Shown here one piece after another: positions 1 to 6,740 of a stretch of 7,261 nucleotides of DNA. A model generated the notes under the pieces. The model was not told the DNA's origin, did not search any database, and worked only from the letters and a program-made list of their open reading frames with translations. The number at the start of each line of letters is the position of its first letter. The stretch's first letter is position 1. The position numbers and the translations under genes were made by a program. The stretch comes from a virus (lineage: Duplodnaviria; Heunggongvirae; Uroviricota; Caudoviricetes): positions 1 through 7,261 of IMG/VR virus record IMGVR_UViG_2778261276_000010. One strand, written 5' to 3'.

Positions 1-186
1 ATGGCAGAAAGGTTCGTGAAAACGATGAAGGAAGACTACATCGCGTTCATGCCGAAACCGAATATAAGAACGGCATTGCATAATCTTGCAGTGGCGATCG
101 AACATTACAATGAAAACCATCCGCACAGTACGTTGGGTTATCGCTCTCCGCGAGAATATCGACGTCAGCGGGTAACGTTAACTTAA
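1..186 (+). CDS. IS3-family transposase (OrfB/integrase core), C-terminal fragment; 5' part lies outside the window
   Basis: The translation [21 protein letters not shown]...[22 protein letters not shown] resembles the C-terminus of IS2 InsD-type transposases (..[33 protein letters not shown]..) recalled from memory. The ATG at 1 is probably an internal Met. Confidence 0.7.
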   Translation: MAERFVKTMKEDYIAFMPKPNIRTALHNLAVAIEHYNENHPHSTLGYRSPREYRRQRVTLT

Positions 187-223
187 GATACACCCCCTGT
201 CTGGAAATAAGGGGGCAAGAACA
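1..223 (+). mobile_element. Right end of an IS3-family (IS2-like) insertion sequence, truncated by the window start; includes the transposase 3' end and a terminal inverted repeat
   Basis: Positions ~188-223 read TACACCCCCTGTCTGGAAATAAGGGGGCAAGAACA, which resembles the IS2 terminal inverted repeat as I remember it (..TGTCTGGAAATATAGGGGCAAATCCA). The exact end point is uncertain by a few bp. Confidence 0.55.
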
Positions 224-227
224 ATGA

Positions 228-971
228 TTAGATTCCCTGGTGAGTAAGAATTTTACTTTCTGAACTCCTCTGAGAGTATTGACTTGGAGAAACACCAAAA
301 TAACGTCTAAATACATAAGTAAAGTATGAGACACTGGCATAACCACAGACCTTAGCTACTTTACTAATAGGATAACAACGAGTGCTGAGTAAATATTCAG
401 CCATTTGCATCCTCTCATCAAGTAGGATCTTACTGAATGATACCCCCTCTTCTTTCAATTTCCTCTTTAGTAAACTTTCGCTGAGATATAATCTTGATGA
501 TATATCCTTAAGATGCCATGGTGCAGATAAATCCGTATGAATAATCGTTTTAACTTTAGCCCCTGTGCTTTTCAAACATCCAAACAGAAATACTCCAAAT
601 TGTTTTTCAGAAGAAAATGCAGAGAGACATGTAAAAGCAATAGACTCATCAAAAATTTCTATATATTCAGCACAGTGATTAGCCCAACTAATTAATCCTT
701 TAATTAAACTGAAGTCAGCAAAGTTTATTTTTAAATAAGATGGATATTCCCTACAATCAGAAATATCCCTTAAGTTATTAGCTTTCAAATAGCGACTAAT
801 AAACTCAGCGCCAAAATCCGCCACTATCACTCTTTCAGGATATGTCAGGAAAAAATCTCTATAGCTAGAGTCGACAAGTACAGATAAACCTCTATCCAGA
901 AACACACTCTCTTTTCCGAAATAAACATCAAAGGACTCCAAAATCAATATAACTGAACATGTAGTTGCCAT
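228..971 (-). CDS. AraC/XylS-family transcriptional regulator, AppY/YdeO/GadX-like
   Basis: The C-terminal HTH region (WHLKDISSRLYLSESLLKRKLKEEGVSFSKILLDERMQMAEYLL..CGYASVSYFTYVFRRYFGVSPSQY) closely resembles E. coli YdeO and AppY as I recall them, and the N-terminus MATTCSVILILESFD matches their MxxVCSV motif. I prefer the ATG at 971 (GGTGGA Shine-Dalgarno-like sequence ~5 nt upstream) over the ORF-track start at 980. Sampled 60-nt stretches are about one-third G+C. Confidence 0.8.
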   Translation of the reverse strand: MATTCSVILILESFDVYFGKESVFLDRGLSVLVDSSYRDFFLTYPERVIVADFGAEFISRYLKANNLRDISDCREYPSYLKINFADFSLIKGLISWANHCAEYIEIFDESIAFTCLSAFSSEKQFGVFLFGCLKSTGAKVKTIIHTDLSAPWHLKDISSRLYLSESLLKRKLKEEGVSFSKILLDERMQMAEYLLSTRCYPISKVAKVCGYASVSYFTYVFRRYFGVSPSQYSQRSSESKILTHQGI

Positions 972-1554
972 ATCATCCACCCAATTTAACTGAAACCAGG
1001 ATGAAGTATATGCATATAAAGTTCACTTTGCCAAACTTCAGTATAAAAAACCACATAAAAAATAGGGTGTGATAAAAAATACCGTAAAAATAAAGTAAAG
1101 GATTATAAATTCCGTTACAGTTACAAATGATACTAAAGAAACAATTCCTTAGAAAACCTTATTTACAGCCAATAAGTAAGACACTTATATGATATCAAGT
1201 TTTCATAAAACATAACTAGGCTAAATAGCTGCGCCTAATACCGCTACACTTTTGCCAGCCCATGTTTGCCTCCGGGTATTGACCCCTTCTCTACGCAACT
1301 TCAGTTCCCACCACCAACTTTGCGGCAGCTTTGTAGGATCAATGTCTAAAAGAATAATGGTGACCGATAAGAAAACGACTGAATAACTGCAGATTTTCGC
1401 TCGAAACCTTCCTGTCAGATCCATAGCGAATCAAGTGCTGAATGTCACAGTATCGAACAGAAAACAGTGACGATCTAACCCTTCAAGAATATTCTACGAT
1501 TGTTCTGTTTAGGAAAAGCAAGGCGGGAAGTCGGGAGATAAGTCATTGATAAAG

Positions 1555-1620
1555 TGGCGGAGAGAGGGGGATTTGCCCCCCCGGTAGAGTTGCCCCTACT
1601 CCGGTTTTCGAGACCGGTCC
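1555..1620 (-). other. 3' partial copy of tRNA-Ser (anticodon CGA): anticodon stem-loop, long variable arm, T-arm and acceptor 3' strand with CCA; probable att-site remnant of an integrated element
   Basis: The reverse complement reads GGACCGGTCTCGAAAACCGGAGTAGGGGCAACTCTACCGGGGGGGCAAATCCCCCTCTCTCCGCCA. It has a CCGGU/ACCGG anticodon stem with loop CUCGAAA, a long variable arm, a 5-bp GGGGG/CCCCC T-stem and a TCTCTCC-G-CCA 3' end. The 5' acceptor strand and D-arm are absent: upstream sequence is unrelated. The T-loop reads GGCAAAT rather than the conserved TTCRAAT. Confidence 0.65.
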
Positions 1621-1699
1621 AATCATCAAACGAAACATAAAATTAATTCACATTATGAGGAAAAGTATCTTTTTTGTACTTGTAAATTCAAAGGCTTAG

Positions 1700-2569
<870 letters not shown>

Positions 2570-2588
2570 GTCTTTAAGTGATAAGCAT

Positions 2589-2630
2589 AAACCGCAGCAC
2601 GATCTTCTTGCATACGACGTGCTACGGTTT
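2589..2630. terminator. Hairpin between the convergent GIY-YIG-like gene and pin; possible bidirectional terminator
   Basis: AAACCGCAGCACG (2589-2601), a 16-nt loop, then CGTGCTACGGTTT (2618-2630). This gives a 13-bp stem with one G-U wobble, followed by a U-rich run when read on the plus strand. The long loop makes it atypical. Confidence 0.35.
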
Positions 2631-3184
2631 CATTTATCTCCGACCGGAAACTTCTTATACAGTGTCGATATACCAACATCATAGATGATCGCCACCTTTT
2701 GGCGAGGAACGCCTGATGCAATTAATCGCCCGGCCTGCGCCCATTGTTCTGGTGTAAGTTTGGGACGACGTCCACCAATTCGTCCCTGTGCGCGAGCTGC
2801 TTCCAGTCCAGCTTTTGTTCGTTCAACAATCAGTTCACGCTCCATTTCAGCCAGGGCACCCATCACATGAAAGAAAAAGCGCCCCATTGGGGTACTGGTA
2901 TCAATTGAATCCGTCAGACTACGAAAGTTGATGCCTCGTTCGCGCAACTCCTCCACCAGCACGACAAGATGCCGCATACTGCGCCCCAGTCGGTCCAGTT
3001 TCCAGACCACCAGCGTGTCACCTGCCGATAATGTCCTGAGCAGCTTTTTCAGTCCTGGTCTGTCGGACTTTGTACCGCTTATCTTGTCTTCAAAAATCAG
3101 CTCACATCCTGCACAGTTCAGCGCATTACGTTGTAGATCGGTATTCTGGTCATTTGTTGATACACGTATATAGCCAATAAGCAT
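2630..3184 (-). CDS. pin: Serine-recombinase DNA invertase of the Pin/Gin/Hin/Cin family
   Basis: The translation from MLIGYIRVSTNDQNTDLQRNAL... is near-identical in layout to e14 PinE and Mu Gin as I recall them, with the catalytic Ser in the RVS motif, GRxxKL and a C-terminal HTH (IYDVGISTLYKK). Start chosen at the internal Met (ATG 3184..3182) with GGGGGA 8 nt upstream; the ORF-track start at 3220 adds 12 unlikely residues. Confidence 0.9.
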   Translation of the reverse strand: MLIGYIRVSTNDQNTDLQRNALNCAGCELIFEDKISGTKSDRPGLKKLLRTLSAGDTLVVWKLDRLGRSMRHLVVLVEELRERGINFRSLTDSIDTSTPMGRFFFHVMGALAEMERELIVERTKAGLEAARAQGRIGGRRPKLTPEQWAQAGRLIASGVPRQKVAIIYDVGISTLYKKFPVGDK

Positions 3185-3238
3185 GTTAAATCCCCCTGGT
3201 AAAAGCAGGAATGATGCCATTTGCTTGTTATTTCTTCA

Positions 3239-3264
3239 TTTTCATAAACGTTGGTTTGGGAGAA
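3239..3264. repeat. Invertase crossover site A (hix/gix-like 26-bp site, core TT at 3251-3252) containing a 14-bp inverted repeat (3251-3264)
   Basis: TTGGTTTGGGAGAA at 3251-3264 is the exact reverse complement of 5081-5094. The flanking half-site TTTTCATAAACG shows 8/12 dyad symmetry with the other half. Confidence 0.6.
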
Positions 3265-3600
3265 TTATCTCTGGCTGGCACTGCATCGGGTGTCATTGGT
3301 CTGAATGGGTATGTAACGATTCCGTTAATTATTTCAGGTTCCCGGAGAACACTGATTATTCAGTGGGGGCAGGCGAGATTTGGTGGGTCTGGTGGTGAAG
3401 ATGCCGGATATCTTAATGATTTTCCTTTTGCCTTTCCGTCAGCATGTTATGGAATGATAGTTAGTCATGTGGGGCATACACCTTCAGGCGCAGGAATCCT
3501 GTCGGCTTCTGCAATTACATCAAATCAGTTCCGCGGTTTTTCAAGCATAGCGACTGCTGCAAACGCTGTATTAGGTCGTTATATCGCTATAGGGGTGTAA
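3253..3600 (+). CDS. Alternative tail-fibre C-terminal cassette (Sv'-like), currently silent; lacks its own start and would fuse in frame to the constant N-terminal region after inversion
   Basis: The frame is open from the inverted repeat (GGT TTG GGA GAA, codon-aligned identically to the same sequence in the tail-fibre gene) to TAA at 3598-3600. The ORF-track N-terminal extension MMPFACYFFIFINV (3211-3252) is probably not translated. Confidence 0.6.
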   Translation, partial: GLGELSLAGTASGVIGLNGYVTIPLIISGSRRTLIIQWGQARFGGSGGEDAGYLNDFPFAFPSACYGMIVSHVGHTPSGAGILSASAITSNQFRGFSSIATAANAVLGRYIAIGV

Positions 3601-3601
3601 T

Positions 3602-4039
3602 ATGTTTTATAGTCCATCTTTAAACATTTTTGTGAATCCTGCACTTAAGGATGATTACATTAATGCAAATTCATGGCCAGATGATGCTCTGGCTGTCAGT
3701 GATGATGTTTATAATGAATTTGCAATAAATACGCCCCCAGATGGCAAAATTCGTGTTGCAGGAGAGAATGGATTACCCACATGGGCACTAATACCTTCAC
3801 CATCACATGAAGAACTTATTCAACAGGCAGAATCAGAAAGGCAATTATTGCTTAATCAGGCCAACGAATACATGAACAGTAAACAATGGCCCGGTAAAGC
3901 CGCTATTGATCGTCTGAAAGACGAGGAACTGGCGCAATATAATTTGTGGCTGGATTACCTGGACGCACTGGAGCTGGTTGATACCTCCAGTGTGCCAGAT
4001 ATTGAATGGCCTACGCCTCCGGCAGTTCAGGCCAGATGA
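3602..4039 (+). CDS. Tail-fibre assembly protein (Tfa/Mu U-like), partner of the silent cassette
   Basis: Begins 1 nt after the cassette stop. The C-terminus LDYLDALELVDTSSVPDIEWPTPP matches the conserved Tfa C-terminal motif, also seen in the other tfa copy. Confidence 0.8.
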   Translation: MFYSPSLNIFVNPALKDDYINANSWPDDALAVSDDVYNEFAINTPPDGKIRVAGENGLPTWALIPSPSHEELIQQAESERQLLLNQANEYMNSKQWPGKAAIDRLKDEELAQYNLWLDYLDALELVDTSSVPDIEWPTPPAVQAR

Positions 4040-4613
4040 CATCCGGCGCTGTGCTGGTATCTGTTGCCGTCACCGCGTCAATGTAATCCAGCACAGTGTT
4101 AAGTCGGGTGGTCTCTGCCTGCATCAGCTTCCGCCCGGCCTGCAATTTAAGTTGAATCAGACTAATGGAAGCCATTGCAGTATTAATCAGTGACTGACGC
4201 TGTACTTCTGCCGCGTCTACTGCGGCGCTATGCTGTGCCTCAGTATCGGTCACCCATTTCTTACCATCCCATTTATCGAATGGCGTTAACGGGGCGATAG
4301 TGGTTGTATTTTCAGGATAATCACCCGGAGCTGTGATTTCTTTGGCGTCTCCCGTTTCGGTGTTATAGACGATTTCACCGCGATGGTCTGGCACATATTC
4401 CCATGAGTTTAAATCCATCGAACGGCAGATAGCATAACCCGCCTTATGTATACCAGGTTCATCCAGACAGGAATATGCAGGGATACCGACACCAATGGCA
4501 AGATATTCATTTGAAGTAGAAATATATTCCCGAGTTTTACCATCATAGTTATAGACGGTAATATTCCCCGCCTTCGTGGCAATAAGCTCGCTATTTAATA
4601 CGGCGTTATCCAT
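4011..4613 (-). CDS. Tail-fibre assembly protein (Tfa), partner of the currently expressed tail-fibre variant
   Basis: 200 aa with C-terminus VLDYIDAVTATDTSTAPDVIWPELP, the same Tfa motif. The start overlaps the tail-fibre stop as TAATG, with GAGGG ~8 nt upstream. Its 3' end overlaps the other tfa convergently by 29 bp. Confidence 0.8.
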   Translation of the reverse strand: MDNAVLNSELIATKAGNITVYNYDGKTREYISTSNEYLAIGVGIPAYSCLDEPGIHKAGYAICRSMDLNSWEYVPDHRGEIVYNTETGDAKEITAPGDYPENTTTIAPLTPFDKWDGKKWVTDTEAQHSAAVDAAEVQRQSLINTAMASISLIQLKLQAGRKLMQAETTRLNTVLDYIDAVTATDTSTAPDVIWPELPEA

Positions 4614-5383
4614 TATGCAGCCCTCACGATATAGTTAAATGCAATATTTCGTGGACGGGTTTCACTCCCGCCAGTATTACCGATACTCCCTCGTGAATGA
4701 AGTGTCGGTGATGGGATCAGACTCCCTCCTGTATTTGTGGCATCAAGTCCCCGTCCTTGTGTGTATGTCTTTTTGAAAATCGTAGCCAGTTCCCATTCAT
4801 CTTTTGTGTCGTAACCATCATTGGCAACAACAATATGGCGGTGTTTTTCCAGCATCCCTGTCTGAATGCTCAATAAAACACGTCCTGCATCAATACCGCG
4901 CCCGTCATCCCAGCCACGAATAAACTCACCACGTAAATCAGGCAATTTATTTGTCGGATAAGCCTTTGCCAGTTCCGGGTATTCTTCAGCAGAAAAAGCC
5001 GCACCGTTGCATTTCAGCCAGCCTGTTGGCGGTGTGGCTGAAGGCCATGGAACAGGCACACCAACAGGTAATGCAGAGCCTTCTCCCAAACCAAGGTTTT
5101 CGAGAGCCGTTTGCACAGTGCCATCCGATTTGATATCGCCAAACGGATTCTTGCGGCTTAACAGCAGCGCGCGAAGTGCGGTAAGTAACTGGTCGTGCCG
5201 CCCCTTCTCCAGGCTGGCACCGGATGCCTCCACCACGCTGCAAAGTTCCTCCTGCAACATGTCAAAGTAGTCATCATCCAGATCGGTGGCAGGTGTGCCG
5301 GTCTGGGGGTTACCACGGGTAAAACCGTTCTTACCCGCGCCGAACTTATCCTTCTGCGCGGTTTTCGTGTCTATACGATGCAT
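4613..5383 (-). CDS. Short tail-fibre protein: constant N-terminal region (codons 1-101, outside the invertible segment) fused to a variable C-terminal region with a phage tail-collar-like motif
   Basis: 256 aa. The C-terminal part (..[47 protein letters not shown]..) resembles the phage tail-collar domain. GGAG lies 7 nt upstream of the ATG. The 14-bp inverted repeat falls at codons 98-101 (..LGLGE). Confidence 0.8.
   Translation of the reverse strand: MHRIDTKTAQKDKFGAGKNGFTRGNPQTGTPATDLDDDYFDMLQEELCSVVEASGASLEKGRHDQLLTALRALLLSRKNPFGDIKSDGTVQTALENLGLGEGSALPVGVPVPWPSATPPTGWLKCNGAAFSAEEYPELAKAYPTNKLPDLRGEFIRGWDDGRGIDAGRVLLSIQTGMLEKHRHIVVANDGYDTKDEWELATIFKKTYTQGRGLDATNTGGSLIPSPTLHSRGSIGNTGGSETRPRNIAFNYIVRAA
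5081..5106. repeat. Invertase crossover site B (hix/gix-like 26-bp site, core AA at 5093-5094) containing the 14-bp inverted repeat (5081-5094)
   Basis: TTCTCCCAAACC-AA-GGTTTTCGAGAG has half-sites with 9/12 dyad symmetry and resembles hixL (TTCTTGAAAACCAAGGTTTTTGATAA) and gix sites from memory. Confidence 0.65.
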
Positions 5384-5386
5384 GGA

Positions 5387-5536
5387 TTACTCCGGATATC
5401 CTCGCTGCTGCCGTGATTGACCAGGCTTGTAGGACTTCCAGCCTTCACCTTTGTGATTTTCACAGTAGCCAGATGGGTCTGTTGTGGTGTTGCGACAGCC
5501 GCGAACACGGCAAGCCTTTGGTGTGCGCGGTGGCAT
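5387..5536 (-). pseudogene. 49-codon ORF resembling the N-terminus of a phage HNH endonuclease; probable remnant at a deletion junction
   Basis: My own translation is MPPRTPKACRVRGCRNTTTDPSGYCENHKGEGWKSYKPGQSRQQRGYPE. The C-x4-C...YC..H pattern followed by QRGY is typical of the start of phage HNH endonucleases (~110 aa) that sit next to terminase genes. Here the ORF stops 3 nt before the tail-fibre ATG. Not in the supplied ORF track. Confidence 0.4.
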
Positions 5537-5599
5537 ATTCACTCCCTAAAAAACGTATAGCATTATCGCAGACACTTAATGAATGCCTGCTGAATGCCA

Positions 5600-5803
5600 C
5601 TAATCGTCGAGTTGCAATACACCGTGCTCAAGTGACTCTGAGTAAGCGATCAGCCCTGTGTATTCAGGGATAATCTCGCCATCATCCGCTTCGAATTCCG
5701 GGATTGTACCAGTGGTGATGGTGTATTGGGGCTGACCATCTTCTTTCGCGAATGCTGCTAGGTCTTCAATCTGCTTAGCTGTAAGAACTACTGTCATGCT
5801 CAT
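5600..5803 (-). CDS. Small acidic hypothetical protein (65-67 aa)
   Basis: ORF with GAGG 8 nt upstream of the second ATG (5797), so the true start may be 5797. No recognisable motif. Confidence 0.5.
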   Translation of the reverse strand: MSMTVVLTAKQIEDLAAFAKEDGQPQYTITTGTIPEFEADDGEIIPEYTGLIAYSESLEHGVLQLDD

Positions 5804-5815
5804 ACCTCAGTTGTT

Positions 5816-5838
5816 AAAAAGCCCCGCTATTGCGAGGC
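5816..5838 (-). terminator. Rho-independent terminator downstream of the lysis cassette
   Basis: The minus-strand transcript reads GCCUCGC-AAUA-GCGGGGC-UUUUU: a 7-bp GC-rich stem with one G-U pair, a 4-nt loop and a U5 tail, 24 nt after the stop of the membrane-protein gene. Confidence 0.45.
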
Positions 5839-5861
5839 TATGATTGACTAAAGTGATGCTG

Positions 5862-6137
5862 TCAGGTGTGGGTCCAAATGAATTTAACAATCCCAATAAT
5901 GCTAGCCAGAACGCCAAAACCAAAAATAAATTGACCACATACCCCTATGATTCCCGATGCAATGGCACCGGCATTTGTCTGAGCATTTTCGTTTATGCTC
6001 GCCCCCACTAGATACATAATCAAACCAACTATGAGAGATGCGATAATCCAATGTTCCACTGCTAATACAATTACAATGCTCAAAATATCTGCTAAACCAT
6101 CACTATGACCACTCACTGCATATCCTTGCTTTGACAT
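5862..6137 (-). CDS. Small integral membrane protein (91 aa, 2-3 predicted hydrophobic helices), function unknown
   Basis: Hydrophobic stretches ILSIVIVLAVEHWIIASLIVGLIMYLVG and GAIASGIIGVCGQFIFGFGVLASIIGIV. Lies immediately downstream of the spanin genes. Confidence 0.55.
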   Translation of the reverse strand: MSKQGYAVSGHSDGLADILSIVIVLAVEHWIIASLIVGLIMYLVGASINENAQTNAGAIASGIIGVCGQFIFGFGVLASIIGIVKFIWTHT

Positions 6138-6203
6138 TTGAAAAATTCATCACTGGATTATAATTGTTTACACCCTTCATAGTCGTTCGAATATGATAAA
6201 AAA

Positions 6204-6740
6204 TCAATTGTGGGGGATAGCGTTATTTGACTCTCTCAACGAGTCGTAAATACGTTCACACGTCATCCCGGCGGTGTAGCGTTCGTCAGCGATTCCAGCA
6301 TAACGTTTAGCTTCTGCTGCAATATCTCCGAGCATGTCGGCGAACATTCCGGCGTCGGCGTCGGTTGTTTTGCTTCGGACGGCAGCGGCAAGATCAGCGG
6401 TGTGCTTTGCGGCGTCCAGGCGTGCGGCAAGCTTTGTTGCTTCGGTACGCAACTGGCTAACAGTGGCAGACAGGCCAGCAGCAGTGGCAGCAGATTTAGC
6501 GGCTTGTGCTTGTGCATCTTTTACAGCCTCATCACGGGCAATTATGCGCCCTTGTTCAATCCAGCGTGCGGCAGTCTGCGCGTTCGCTTCCTGTGAAGAT
6601 TCCATGCTATTGTGGTCAGCCCACTTCTTTTGCCAGCCCCGCTCACTCCAGATGTTCCCGACAAGAAATGCACCAGCCAACATCAGCAAAACAATGATTG
6701 TTTTCCACCGCGCCTGAACAAAAGCAAAGACCGCTGTCAT
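6204..6740 (-). CDS. Rz-like i-spanin (inner-membrane spanin subunit)
   Basis: Has an N-terminal transmembrane helix ([20 protein letters not shown]) followed by an Ala/Gln/Lys-rich, coiled-coil-like periplasmic domain. The start overlaps the endolysin stop as ATGA. It contains an embedded lipoprotein ORF. Confidence 0.8.
   Translation of the reverse strand: MTAVFAFVQARWKTIIVLLMLAGAFLVGNIWSERGWQKKWADHNSMESSQEANAQTAARWIEQGRIIARDEAVKDAQAQAAKSAATAAGLSATVSQLRTEATKLAARLDAAKHTADLAAAVRSKTTDADAGMFADMLGDIAAEAKRYAGIADERYTAGMTCERIYDSLRESNNAIPHN
6263..6517 (-). CDS. Rz1-like o-spanin (outer-membrane lipoprotein), embedded in the +1 frame of Rz
   Basis: Signal peptide [22 protein letters not shown] with lipobox L-A-S-C, then a proline-rich mature region ([21 protein letters not shown]). 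GAGG lies 9 nt upstream of the ATG. Entirely inside the Rz ORF in a different frame. Confidence 0.7.
   Translation of the reverse strand: MHKHKPLNLLPLLLACLPLLASCVPKQQSLPHAWTPQSTPLILPLPSEAKQPTPTPECSPTCSEILQQKLNVMLESLTNATPPG

Larger units (their letters stand above)
3252..5093. other. Pin-invertible DNA segment (~1.84 kb) carrying two alternative tail-fibre C-terminal cassettes and their two tail-fibre assembly genes
   Basis: Bounded by the perfect 14-bp inverted repeats 3251-3264 and 5081-5094. The gene content mirrors the Mu G, P1 C and e14 P segments, with the invertase gene just outside one repeat. Confidence 0.65.

Noticed and set aside
47-346. 99-aa minus-strand ORF overlapping the IS transposase 3' end and IS terminus
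   Set aside because: It is antisense to a well-supported transposase fragment and spans the IS inverted repeat, with no ribosome-binding site or recognisable motif; most likely a chance ORF.
1221-1424. 67-aa minus-strand ORF in the region between the AraC regulator and the tRNA fragment
   Set aside because: No convincing ribosome-binding site, odd composition (WWWELKLRRE), and it lies in presumed flanking non-coding DNA.
1555-1620. Possibility that the tRNA-like sequence is a complete functional tRNA gene
   Set aside because: The sequence 5' of the anticodon stem (in tRNA sense) is unrelated to a D-arm or acceptor strand and the T-loop is non-canonical, so only a 3' fragment is present.
2685-3173. 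Two plus-strand ORFs (2685-2870, 2928-3173) antisense to pin
   Set aside because: They lie entirely within the strongly supported invertase gene on the opposite strand and have low-complexity Ser/Arg-rich translations.
3183-3398. 71-aa plus-strand ORF and the MMPFACYFFIFINV extension (3211-3252) at the edge of the invertible segment
   Set aside because: The 3183-3398 ORF is in a different frame from the cassette and overlaps the pin start. The 3211-3252 extension crosses the crossover site and pin promoter region; the cassette is better read as a start-less segment fused by inversion.
3845-5673. Multiple antisense or overlapping ORFs within the tfa and tail-fibre genes (3845-4042 -, 3978-4193 +, 4951-5133 +, 4986-5243 -, 5007-5270 +, 5195-5416 +, 5413-5673 +)
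   Set aside because: Each is contained in or antisense to a gene with clear homology-type support, and none has a motif or ribosome-binding site of its own.
6334-6717. Three plus-strand ORFs (6334-6717, 6402-6596, 6506-6697) antisense to Rz
   Set aside because: Ala/Ser/Cys-rich translations typical of the reverse strand of an Ala-rich coding region. Only the same-strand embedded ORF (Rz1) has a signal peptide, lipobox and ribosome-binding site.
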